A stretch of DNA of 64,000 bases from contig JAFTVY010000054.1 of the NCBI GenBank assembly GCA_017465545.1, positions 4,613 through 68,612 of the forward strand, written 5' to 3'. The translations under genes and the position numbers were made by a program. Shown in pieces: positions 46,645 to 55,555 of the stretch (the first letter of the stretch is position 1; every line of letters begins with the position of its first letter). The stretch is from Ruminiclostridium sp. (GTDB lineage: Bacteria; Bacillota; Clostridia; Oscillospirales; Ruminococcaceae). The notes under the pieces are model-generated. The model was not told where the DNA came from, made no database searches, and worked only from the letters and a program-made list of their open reading frames with translations.

Positions 46645-47769
46645 TTATTTTCCCTCCCTGATAGACGATAAGATGGATAATCTCTTTAATTTTACCGCAA
46701 ATGGTATTATTGTAATCAAAAGCACTGCAACGCCTGTTATGGCAATGCCTGTTGCGGCAATCACTGTTCTGAATATCAACGATGCAACCACTCCGCTTGT
46801 GAATATTACGATAAAGCTACCTGCACTTACTCTCAATAAAATATTTGAAAGTTTTGCTCCGCATATTCTGTGGATTAATAGCTCTGTCAAATTTCTTCTT
46901 ATAAAAAGCATGGCTGATTGTATCAAACAAAATATTGCAAGCGTTATAATTATAAGTGAAATTATAATTAGCGGTGCCGCTGTCTGCGTTGACATATGAT
47001 TAATAAGCTGCTTTGTTCCGCTGAGTGAAATAAAATTAAAAGGATACATCCCAAGCTTTTCCGCATAATCGTTTATAGCCTTCAGCTGGGCTTTGTCATC
47101 GGAATAAATCAGCGAGGAGGGATATTCATAATGGTTTTGTTTCATACAAGACAAGCTTTTTACAGGGAAAAGTACATCTGAATCAACACTTACAGGTTTA
47201 CTTCTTTCTCCCGCAAGATTTATAATCTTTTGTCCATCCTTTAATATCCCTATTACTTTATATTTATTGTGATAAAAATCACCAACCTTATAGCTGTCTT
47301 TATAGTAATTGCCCAGTATTACGGGAGTATTTTCCATAGTGTCGCTGTAGTATTCTTCTTCTAGAAAAAGCCGTCCGCTTTCCGTTTCAAGTTTATAGAT
47401 ATTAAAGAAATCCTCTGAAACAAAGGTCATAGTGTAGCTGTTTTCACCCGCATCGATGAAGTTGTGACTATAACCAGATGCTTTGAAATTTTCCGCTATG
47501 TAATAGCTTAATTTTCTTTCTGTTTCAATATCCATCTCGGTAACGGTGATGCCGCTGAATGTGTAGATTTCTGTGCTGATTTTACCGTAATACTTGTCGG
47601 AGAAATTAAAGCTGTCAAGATTTTCTATTGTATCGTTGGTATAGTTTGCTATGCCGATGATGTTACCAATTACAATGAATGCTATAAGAGTCTGAATGGT
47701 TAGCAGGATAAAGAATTTTTTATCCGCTTTGATGTCCGAAATAATTAGCTTTATGTATTCTTTTATCAT
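46645..47769 (-). CDS. FtsX/MacB-type ABC permease
   Basis: N-terminal TM, large extracytoplasmic loop, ELLIHRICGA motif and 3 C-terminal TMs. Confidence 0.85.
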   Translation of the reverse strand: MIKEYIKLIISDIKADKKFFILLTIQTLIAFIVIGNIIGIANYTNDTIENLDSFNFSDKYYGKISTEIYTFSGITVTEMDIETERKLSYYIAENFKASGYSHNFIDAGENSYTMTFVSEDFFNIYKLETESGRLFLEEEYYSDTMENTPVILGNYYKDSYKVGDFYHNKYKVIGILKDGQKIINLAGERSKPVSVDSDVLFPVKSLSCMKQNHYEYPSSLIYSDDKAQLKAINDYAEKLGMYPFNFISLSGTKQLINHMSTQTAAPLIIISLIIITLAIFCLIQSAMLFIRRNLTELLIHRICGAKLSNILLRVSAGSFIVIFTSGVVASLIFRTVIAATGIAITGVAVLLITIIPFAVKLKRLSILSSIREGK

Positions 47770-47770
47770 T

Positions 47771-48811
47771 TTAAAGCCTCCTTAATTCAGCAACTTGTCC
47801 GTCTGAGAAATCTGCGGCACAATCGCAGGATACAACTAAACTGACAAGCATTAAAAACAAAGAGGATATAAAGCCTGCTGTAAGCTCGATTCTACCTAGA
47901 AAAAAAGATACAACAGGTAGATTTGAAACTATCAGAGTCAGTAAAAATCCTAAAAAAACACCTGTAAGTGATGTAATCAGATAGTATTTGAATACAAGTC
48001 TTTTGATGTCATTATCACTCGCACCACATATCCGCCTTGCCATAATTTCTGATTTTTTCGAGCCTATCCAGGAGCTTGTAAAAACCCCAGCATTAATAAC
48101 AAGCAAAAGCCCTATCAGGAGAATTCCTATAACTATGATAATTTTATCCGGACCTATAACATTATTTTCTTCTTTTACTTTGGGCATTTTAGTTACTGTA
48201 AAATCTGCCTCTCGATTCTTTTTTTGTATCTTTTCTCTGAACTGCTCGCTGACAGTTGACGTTTCTTCATCAGCATCAATTATAATTGTTATGCCTTTGA
48301 ATGTTACATCGCTGTTTTTTAATCCAGCTATGTTAAGTAAAAAGTCAGGATTGTCGGATCCTGAATATATATCAAGTCCTGTTATCTGATAATCCTCTCC
48401 CATTAAATTTATGGTAGGCTGTTGCTCTATTTCCATTGAATACGGCAAAAGCACGGTTTTTATTACTGCCTGCGGCGTTTCACTTCTAAGATCAAGCGAT
48501 TGCCAGGAACTTTTTAATGCACTGTCGTCTTTGTAATTGTATAGAATGTAACCTGTCTGATTATAGGTTGTAAACTCTATTGCACCCTTTGCTTTACATT
48601 CTGAGAGCACATTAATAACATCAGTGTAACCAAGTGCATTGCTGGAATTATTATCCTGCGTTAGCACAATATACTTTGCATTATCTGAAAATTGATTTAT
48701 TATATCAGCTCTACCTTTGTTGATAAGCATTGATATAAGGAATGTGCAAAGAAAAAAGGTGGCCGTAAAAAAAGCTAATATCATACCGCTTTTATAAAAT
48801 ATCTGTTTCAT
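47771..48811 (-). CDS. FtsX/MacB-type ABC permease
   Basis: Same topology; EIMARRICGA motif. Confidence 0.85.
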   Translation of the reverse strand: MKQIFYKSGMILAFFTATFFLCTFLISMLINKGRADIINQFSDNAKYIVLTQDNNSSNALGYTDVINVLSECKAKGAIEFTTYNQTGYILYNYKDDSALKSSWQSLDLRSETPQAVIKTVLLPYSMEIEQQPTINLMGEDYQITGLDIYSGSDNPDFLLNIAGLKNSDVTFKGITIIIDADEETSTVSEQFREKIQKKNREADFTVTKMPKVKEENNVIGPDKIIIVIGILLIGLLLVINAGVFTSSWIGSKKSEIMARRICGASDNDIKRLVFKYYLITSLTGVFLGFLLTLIVSNLPVVSFFLGRIELTAGFISSLFLMLVSLVVSCDCAADFSDGQVAELRRL

Positions 48812-48846
48812 GGTTCATCCGTTCTTTCGAAAATATAATTGCAGAG

Positions 48847-48878
48847 TATATCCCCATCGTTGTTTCGATGGGGATATA
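48847..48878. terminator. strong hairpin between the secreted-protein gene and the ABC operon
   Basis: TATATCCCCATCG-ttgttt-CGATGGGGATATA. Confidence 0.6.
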
Positions 48879-49060
48879 TTTATAATCGAAAAAGGTTATC
48901 TTACACTGAGTATAATTAAACAATAACTTTATCTCTGCAAAAGAAAAACCTACTTTTAAGTTTTTTATTGTAAAAAACTTTATAATATTTTACGCTTAAC
49001 TTTCAACAGCTAATATTGCTTCCTGGTAAAATTATAAATCAAAAAGCGTCACAATGCTAT

Positions 49061-49516
49061 TTAATAGTTGTAGCAAAACACCTTATATCTTGTTGAGTAT
49101 CCCTGAAGAAGTGTTCCTACTCCGTAAAAAGTACATTGTGCAGAATCTGTGAGGTTGCTTGAAACAATTGTTCTACTTTCATCTGTGAAATAATCGCATA
49201 AATAATAAGTGTATACACGTTCATTAGATGTTATTGTAGTAGGCATGGTCCCTTTCTGGCATTCTGTATTTGGCCAGGCATTTTCATATGCTTGAACAAA
49301 AATTTGACTTATGTGTTTACCATAGCTGGTACCGTAACCGCCACTAGCTGGGTATGAAGGTGTGAACTCACCAGAAATATATGTTCTGAATGCATTAGAA
49401 TCATAGTATATTCGCATAGGCAGACCTTCGTTAGCTGCTGATGCGACTAATGAAAATATTGATGTTAGCATTATAGCAAGTACTAATATGCTGCAGAAGC
49501 ATTTTTTGATTTTCAT
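49061..49516 (-). CDS. secreted 151-aa protein, bacteriocin-like context
   Basis: Sec signal ending ASA-A; aromatic-rich mature part with 4 Cys; lies between agrD and the ABC exporter. Confidence 0.75.
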   Translation of the reverse strand: MKIKKCFCSILVLAIMLTSIFSLVASAANEGLPMRIYYDSNAFRTYISGEFTPSYPASGGYGTSYGKHISQIFVQAYENAWPNTECQKGTMPTTITSNERVYTYYLCDYFTDESRTIVSSNLTDSAQCTFYGVGTLLQGYSTRYKVFCYNY

Positions 49517-49650
49517 AAGTATTCCTCTTTCCGCTCTTGATTATGAGCATACATCTGTTTCATTTTCGTTGGTTTTGAGTTGCTGAAAACTCGCACCTAT
49601 TCACCCTAACAAAGGAATTTAATAATAGGGAGAATAGGTGCATAGTTTAA

Positions 49651-49785
49651 TTACTTGCAAAGCTTCTTTAAGTTTGCAGGTTCCTTGGGCTGGTATGTTC
49701 CGTAATAAGATGCGGTACCGCAAGCCTTCTTTGCCATAGACATAGATACGCGTGCTATGGTCTTAGCAATGCTCTTCTTTAACAT
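49651..49785 (-). CDS. agrD: AgrD cyclic-lactone autoinducer precursor (44 aa, not in ORF track)
   Basis: MLKKSIAKTIARVSMSMAKKACGTASYYGTYQPKEPANLKKLCK*; amphipathic leader, YQPKEP signature, GGAGGTG RBS, overlaps the agrB end. Confidence 0.9.
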   Translation of the reverse strand: MLKKSIAKTIARVSMSMAKKACGTASYYGTYQPKEPANLKKLCK

Positions 49786-50377
49786 TGTGACTACACCTCC
49801 TTTGTATTGTTTTTTCTATTTTCGCCATGACTGCAACTGTGAACAGGGTTACAATCATCAGAAATCCGTATTGTAATTTAAAAGTTATTAAGAATATTCC
49901 GATAACGGAAATTAAAAAAGATATTATGATTGAAAATATTTTGTGCTTTTTCTTTTGGTAAGTATCTATCGGTTTATGTGGATTTATTACCGGTGCCAAA
50001 ATGGAAATAGATGATACAGACACAGTAGCGATTATTACTCCGCAAAATATTATAATTTCATTAGAGAAATAAAGATTAAGTAATTTGCTTATACAACAAC
50101 ACAATGTGAATGAAAGAGAAAAGATCAAATTGCACTTAAAATACGTTGATGCGTGATATCCACCGCAAAAAGATCGAAGAGGAATAAATGACAAAAGAAA
50201 GAATACTGCGAGCAGAAAATCATTCATAATAAAGCTGATAACAAAAATTAATGTAAAGTTTAAAACGGAAGAAAGCGTTATTTCTATTCCATACCTATAA
50301 ACATCAATCATATCGTCTTCGATATGAATATTTTTCTTCATAAAAGAAAGAATAATTTCTGTGGTTTCCTTTATCAT
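49763..50377 (-). CDS. agrB: accessory gene regulator B peptidase
   Basis: VYRYGIE, PLRSFCGGYHA..YFKC and APVINPHKP motifs. Confidence 0.93.
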   Translation of the reverse strand: MIKETTEIILSFMKKNIHIEDDMIDVYRYGIEITLSSVLNFTLIFVISFIMNDFLLAVFFLLSFIPLRSFCGGYHASTYFKCNLIFSLSFTLCCCISKLLNLYFSNEIIIFCGVIIATVSVSSISILAPVINPHKPIDTYQKKKHKIFSIIISFLISVIGIFLITFKLQYGFLMIVTLFTVAVMAKIEKTIQRRCSHNVKEEHC

Positions 50378-50532
50378 TCATATCACCTGATGTGATAATA
50401 TAATAAAATGAACATGTTGTCAATGCTTCTGGGAAGTTCGGCAATATCTTGTGATGTTCGGTAACAAATATTGTGAAAAATAAAAAAACAAGGCTTATAG
50501 CAAAGTATAAGTCTTGTTCAAAATGATTGTAT

Positions 50533-51852
50533 TTATATGTGGTGATATAAAATAACATTACAGAAAAACATGTTATTTTTTTCGTAAAAGTCACAGCAAC
50601 CTTTATATTTTTCGGCAATCTGATTTATCGTTTTAAGTCCGAATCCGTGAATTTCTTTATTGCTCTTTGTAGTTTTAAGCTTGCTGTTTTTAGATAAAAC
50701 CGATTCACTTATAGAATTACCAATGGTAATTATTATTTTGGTTTCGTCTGTTGAAGAAATACAGCAGTTTATTCCTTTGTATCCGTTTTTGTCTCGGCAA
50801 CAGCCTTCGATAGCATTATCAAAAATATTTCCAAGCAGGTTACAGAAATCTATATCTGATACTCCTGTAAAATTTGTGTTACAAGAAATGACGACTTCAA
50901 TCCCCTTGCTTTTGGCAATAGATATTTTGGTGTTAATAATGGCGTTTATAAATGCATTTCCTACATCTACAGAAGCACTTAATTCGTTAACCTGATTAGA
51001 GCATTTGTCAAGATATTCACCCATTTCTCTGTATTTATGCTCTTTGTGAAGCATTGACAGTACTTCTATGTTTTGCTTCATGTCATGTCGCACACGCCTG
51101 GTTTCTTCATATTGATTTTTTACCATCTGTGCATACTGAATTCTATGTTCTTGTTCCTGCTTCTCGATTTTCAGCTTAATCGCTTCATTGTTGCTTTTAC
51201 TCATAAGTGTTGTTATGTAGAAGCACGTTACATTTAAGATAATCAATCCGAATTCTGCAAAAAGAAGAACACGATGCTCGTTATATTGCAGGTTAATACG
51301 GAGTTGCACCATATGTATGAGGGTAATAGAGATGAGTGAAACAACAAAAACCGAGATTATCAGCGACCATTCTTTTGTTTTGAGTGCTACATCTTTGTTA
51401 GTGGTGATTTTAAGTATGATTCCGAAGATATATACAAGCAGTATTTGCACACTCATTACAGCTATGAATCTTTCCACTGAGTAGGTAGTATATATGTTAG
51501 TAATATCGTTCGAGAATGCCGCAGAAACCACACTGGTAACCAATGCACTTGTAGAAGCAATTATCACATTGGTTATAATTGAAATAAATATTTTTTTGAT
51601 AAGTGAGCCAGGCAAAAACAGCGAATAAATAAAGAACTGAACCGTGTAAATTACGCCATAAACGCCTTCGTATAAAGTCAGCCGGTTTACGATTGTTACA
51701 ATAATTGCAAAGGATAAGCTTCCTATAATATAAAGCAATTTTCCGTTTCTGGTGCTAAGATCTTGTTTCAGAAACTTGTTTATAAAATAGCACACAACGA
51801 AATTCTCAAATAGAGTTACTGTTGTTTCAAAGATTGTCCATATAATGTCCAT
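50533..51852 (-). CDS. agrC: AgrC-like GHKL sensor histidine kinase
   Basis: About 6 TMs; RRVRHDMKQ, NLLGNIFDNAIE and HGFGL motifs. Confidence 0.9.
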   Translation of the reverse strand: MDIIWTIFETTVTLFENFVVCYFINKFLKQDLSTRNGKLLYIIGSLSFAIIVTIVNRLTLYEGVYGVIYTVQFFIYSLFLPGSLIKKIFISIITNVIIASTSALVTSVVSAAFSNDITNIYTTYSVERFIAVMSVQILLVYIFGIILKITTNKDVALKTKEWSLIISVFVVSLISITLIHMVQLRINLQYNEHRVLLFAEFGLIILNVTCFYITTLMSKSNNEAIKLKIEKQEQEHRIQYAQMVKNQYEETRRVRHDMKQNIEVLSMLHKEHKYREMGEYLDKCSNQVNELSASVDVGNAFINAIINTKISIAKSKGIEVVISCNTNFTGVSDIDFCNLLGNIFDNAIEGCCRDKNGYKGINCCISSTDETKIIITIGNSISESVLSKNSKLKTTKSNKEIHGFGLKTINQIAEKYKGCCDFYEKNNMFFCNVILYHHI

Positions 51853-51862
51853 GTAAGACTCC

Positions 51863-52588
51863 TTAAAGTACCTCGCGGGTGAAATATTTGTACCTATCCG
51901 AAAAATCGTTTTTACATCTTCGGCTGATTGTTATTTTTTCGTTGTTTTTCAGATGAACAGTGTGATTTGGATAATCAATCCATTTGATGTAATTCATATT
52001 GACAAGAAAGCGACTGTGAGTTTTTGCAAAATGCTTTTCGGGTAAAAGTTCGGTGAATGATTCCAATGTTTTTCGAACTTTTGTCTTTTCTCCGGATATG
52101 AGAGTTATTTCTAGATAATTCGCTTTGCTTGACACACATACAATGTCTTTGATAACAATTCGTTTTTCTTCTCTGTACGGAAGTTCTATAGTGATAGTCT
52201 TTGATGTTTCGAGAAAAACAGCTAATTTTTCGATAACATTTTTTAAATAAATATCCATTGCGTGTTCATTGCCCTTGTACACGAAATGGAATGGTCTATA
52301 ATCTAGACTGCTTTGAATTAATTGATTTTCAGTTGTAACAAATACTATTACAGTTTTTTCGGACAAATCCCGAATGTCTTTTGCAACATCGAACCCGCTC
52401 GTTTTAGGCATAAGTATGTCCAAAAAAACTACATCGTAAGGTTGTGCGTGATGTGCAGATAATAAATTATCACCATAAAGATATTTATCGACATCGCATA
52501 TGATGTCATAAGTTTCAAAATACATTTTTGCTTTTATTGCTATGCTATCTAGAAAAGCCTTATTATCATCACATACAGCTATACGCAT
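51863..52588 (-). CDS. agrA: LytTR-family response regulator (AgrA-like)
   Basis: IAVCDD, VFLDILMP receiver; KTHSRFLVNMNYI LytTR domain. Confidence 0.92.
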   Translation of the reverse strand: MRIAVCDDNKAFLDSIAIKAKMYFETYDIICDVDKYLYGDNLLSAHHAQPYDVVFLDILMPKTSGFDVAKDIRDLSEKTVIVFVTTENQLIQSSLDYRPFHFVYKGNEHAMDIYLKNVIEKLAVFLETSKTITIELPYREEKRIVIKDIVCVSSKANYLEITLISGEKTKVRKTLESFTELLPEKHFAKTHSRFLVNMNYIKWIDYPNHTVHLKNNEKITISRRCKNDFSDRYKYFTREVL

Positions 52589-52733
52589 TTGTATTTTTCC
52601 TCCACGCAAGTATATTAAAAATTCATTTATATAATATATTGATTGAAAATATATACACTTTGTACACCTTTGTACACAGTTCCTTCATTTTGTAGTACAA
52701 TTATTGAAACGGATGTAAGGAGATGATGAACAA

Positions 52734-53108
52734 ATGAGCTTTTCTACAATACTTCGAGAACTCAGAGAACTTAACGGCTACACACAAAAGGACCTTGCAG
52801 AAATGCTTCACTTGTCCAAAAATGCTATTTCTCATTATGAAAAAGGCATTAATATGCCTAATATTGAAACACTGACTAAAATAGCTGATATATTTGGTAC
52901 ATCTGTCGATTATCTTATTGGTAGAACCAATATAAAAATAGACTATAATAAATTGACATCCCAATTTACTCGTTCAACAACGTTGGACAAAATTATTGAT
53001 GTATTGGCTTCGCTTGATTCTGAACATCGTAAAGCGGTTCTGGAAACGCTTGACTATGCAAAATGTCACAATGAAGTTTTAAAAGAAGGAAAGAAACAGA
53101 AAAAATAA
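52734..53108 (+). CDS. XRE-family HTH repressor
   Basis: LRELRELNGYTQKDLAEMLHLSKNAISHYEKG. Confidence 0.9.
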   Translation: MSFSTILRELRELNGYTQKDLAEMLHLSKNAISHYEKGINMPNIETLTKIADIFGTSVDYLIGRTNIKIDYNKLTSQFTRSTTLDKIIDVLASLDSEHRKAVLETLDYAKCHNEVLKEGKKQKK

Positions 53109-53416
53109 CAATATCTTTTCTGTTGTCTTGCATTATGTAAAGTTGCAGTTTGATTTGTAAGGTGAAACTGTAAATATTACGGTTTATTTGTTTTAAAGAT
53201 TTTTTCTCAAATATTTGTGTTTATTATATCATAAATAATCAATTAATTCAAGTTAATAATTTTTAGCCATGAGCAATATAACACGATCTAATGAAAAGCT
53301 ACACCTATGTGTGGCTTTATTTTTTTGCAAAAAACAATCAAATTTAAAAAGTTAAAATCAAAATGCTACTTATTTTAATATAAAGGTTTACATATTCAAA
53401 ATTTCGACAAAACTTA

Positions 53417-53473
53417 ACAAGATATTACCGAACTTCCCAGAAATATTGACAACACATTATAACGGAATATAAT
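53417..53473 (+). promoter_or_regulatory. promoter sharing a 38-bp upstream block with the agrB promoter
   Basis: TTGACA (53446-53451)-16-TATAAT; 35/38 identity with the reverse complement of 50415-50452. Confidence 0.75.
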
Positions 53474-53505
53474 TAAAATAAATATATAAGGTTAATCTTG
53501 CAATT

Positions 53506-55032
53506 ATGCAAAAGATTGAAGCTGATAATTTTTATGGAACAGTTATTAAGTTGCATTTGAAACACAACTATAGTTGTGAGCGTTTGTTGAATTATATTAT
53601 CGAGACGTTTGTCTACCCCAGTGTAAACATCTGTATGATTGATATTGATGAATTGGAAAAAACATATAATCCTTTAATTAGATCCGAATCATTTGAAAAT
53701 ATATTAAGCCATCCGTATAAATTAATCTATAGTTATAATCGGTATCTAGATGAATGCAACAAGCATTTAAAACCGTTAAATGAACAGAAAAAATTACTTA
53801 GTAATGTGTATCAAGAATTGGATAAATTGTACATGTGGCTTGATGTTAATAGAGACATAGATGAGGATTTCTCGGATAAGGATAAGGTTAAATTTTTTCG
53901 TAAAAAACTTAAATTAATTACTAAGGATATCGAACAGATAGAATTATTGCCTGCCTTTGAGTTGTCTCATAAGCAAATCAATGAAGAGCAATTATTTAAC
54001 GATATTCAATATTATCTAGATCATCTTACTTTTTATAAAGATAAAATTGAGAGTTTGATTGACACAAATAATAAAAAAAGAAATATGTATAGCAAATGTT
54101 CGCGTGATATATCACAAGATGACGTTTTATTTGATGTTCCGTGGGATTACTGTATAATCGTTTTTGACTCTGAGTTTAGCATTTCTGACATAGTTTTCGA
54201 TCAACAGATTGATCTTTCTAACAAAATGGGAATTGTATTGACGCACCATAGTGTAAAGGACTTTGATGAAGGATATGAATATTCATCAATAAATGGGTTG
54301 TTGTTTTCAGATGGTGAAATTTGTAATTCCATATCCAGGCTTTCTGGACATTATTATCGTCAAGTTGCGCATAGCAAGTATGATGATTATGTGTTCATAG
54401 GGGGGATGAATAGTGATTTCGATTTTTCTGAAATAGTTGACGAATGCAAAGATCAATATGATGGTATCGATGAGTTTTGGATCGATAAGGTCTTTTCGCT
54501 TGTTATATGTGAAAGCGATGGATTTCATTTTTACAGCGATGTAACAGAAAACGAATTAAATGCAAAAAAACATCGAAAAAACGATATATTTATAATCTCT
54601 ACTTTAATAGATAATTATCTAATATCTTTTCAAGATAAATTATCAGAGGATGATTTGATTAACGTAAGTAATCTTGGGATAATACTGGATAAAGATAAAA
54701 ATCTTTTATGCCAGGATGGTATCAAATTACAAGAAAATTTATTCGATTTGTTCCCTATAGGCTACACAAAAATTCGATGTAATTTAACTGCTTCTTCAAA
54801 AATGATTCTCAACGTAACACGTCATAAAATAAGCGAGATTCATAGCGAGATTAATCCTTGGATTGAAAAAACTGCTTTTTGTATACAAAAAAGCATTTTT
54901 AAAAATGTAAATACCATATTAGGCGAATTGTCAATGCAATGCGGTAATTGTGATCTAAACAATCGTGATTTCTCTAATCTGATATCGAATAAAATAAGGC
55001 ATCAATTTATAACTAAAGTATTAAAGTCGTAG
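53506..55032 (+). CDS. hypothetical protein (508 aa), possibly the C-terminal part of an Hsp90-like ATPase family protein
   Basis: AT-rich ORF; begins with GTVIKLHLK and has a late LNVTRHKI motif. Confidence 0.65.
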   Translation: MQKIEADNFYGTVIKLHLKHNYSCERLLNYIIETFVYPSVNICMIDIDELEKTYNPLIRSESFENILSHPYKLIYSYNRYLDECNKHLKPLNEQKKLLSNVYQELDKLYMWLDVNRDIDEDFSDKDKVKFFRKKLKLITKDIEQIELLPAFELSHKQINEEQLFNDIQYYLDHLTFYKDKIESLIDTNNKKRNMYSKCSRDISQDDVLFDVPWDYCIIVFDSEFSISDIVFDQQIDLSNKMGIVLTHHSVKDFDEGYEYSSINGLLFSDGEICNSISRLSGHYYRQVAHSKYDDYVFIGGMNSDFDFSEIVDECKDQYDGIDEFWIDKVFSLVICESDGFHFYSDVTENELNAKKHRKNDIFIISTLIDNYLISFQDKLSEDDLINVSNLGIILDKDKNLLCQDGIKLQENLFDLFPIGYTKIRCNLTASSKMILNVTRHKISEIHSEINPWIEKTAFCIQKSIFKNVNTILGELSMQCGNCDLNNRDFSNLISNKIRHQFITKVLKS

Positions 55033-55555
55033 AGTTCATATAAGAGATTTGCATTGCGATATGGCTCTGGCGTGGAGCGTAATACAAGTGTTGTCTTATA
55101 ACTTTTTTACAAATTTGCTTCACAAAAACCACCCCCCACCGCGTTATTAAATATAGACACTCGGGAAAACGGTCTTACTTTTTACTTATCTTATCGTCTG
55201 CCTTTTCTTTTCAGGCAGTTGATACCCACAATACAAATGCAATAAAACTTAAAATAGACCAAACCAAATCCGAATCCGGACAAGCAAAGCTCCGGAATGC
55301 TCCGCCATACAAAAGACCGCTTTTCCTGAATGTTTATATATAAATAAAATATCAACATAAAATCTTTACAGATTTGTCTTGGTGCATCTCTGTTAAGAAT
55401 ATATTATAAGAACCACACGCCGTCTCCGAAATCATAGATTTCGACGGCTGAGTGAACCTTGTTATATATGTTTGTGCTTCGCACCTGCAACCTATCAGTT
55501 GCTTTATGGGAACAAGTTCCCATAACATATATTATCACAAATGGAGGATTTTTAA

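Noticed and set aside
52655-52678. 10-bp-period repeat TACACTTTGTACACCTTTGTACAC between agrA and the XRE gene
   Set aside because: Could be an XRE operator, but it is too short and AT-rich to support without data.
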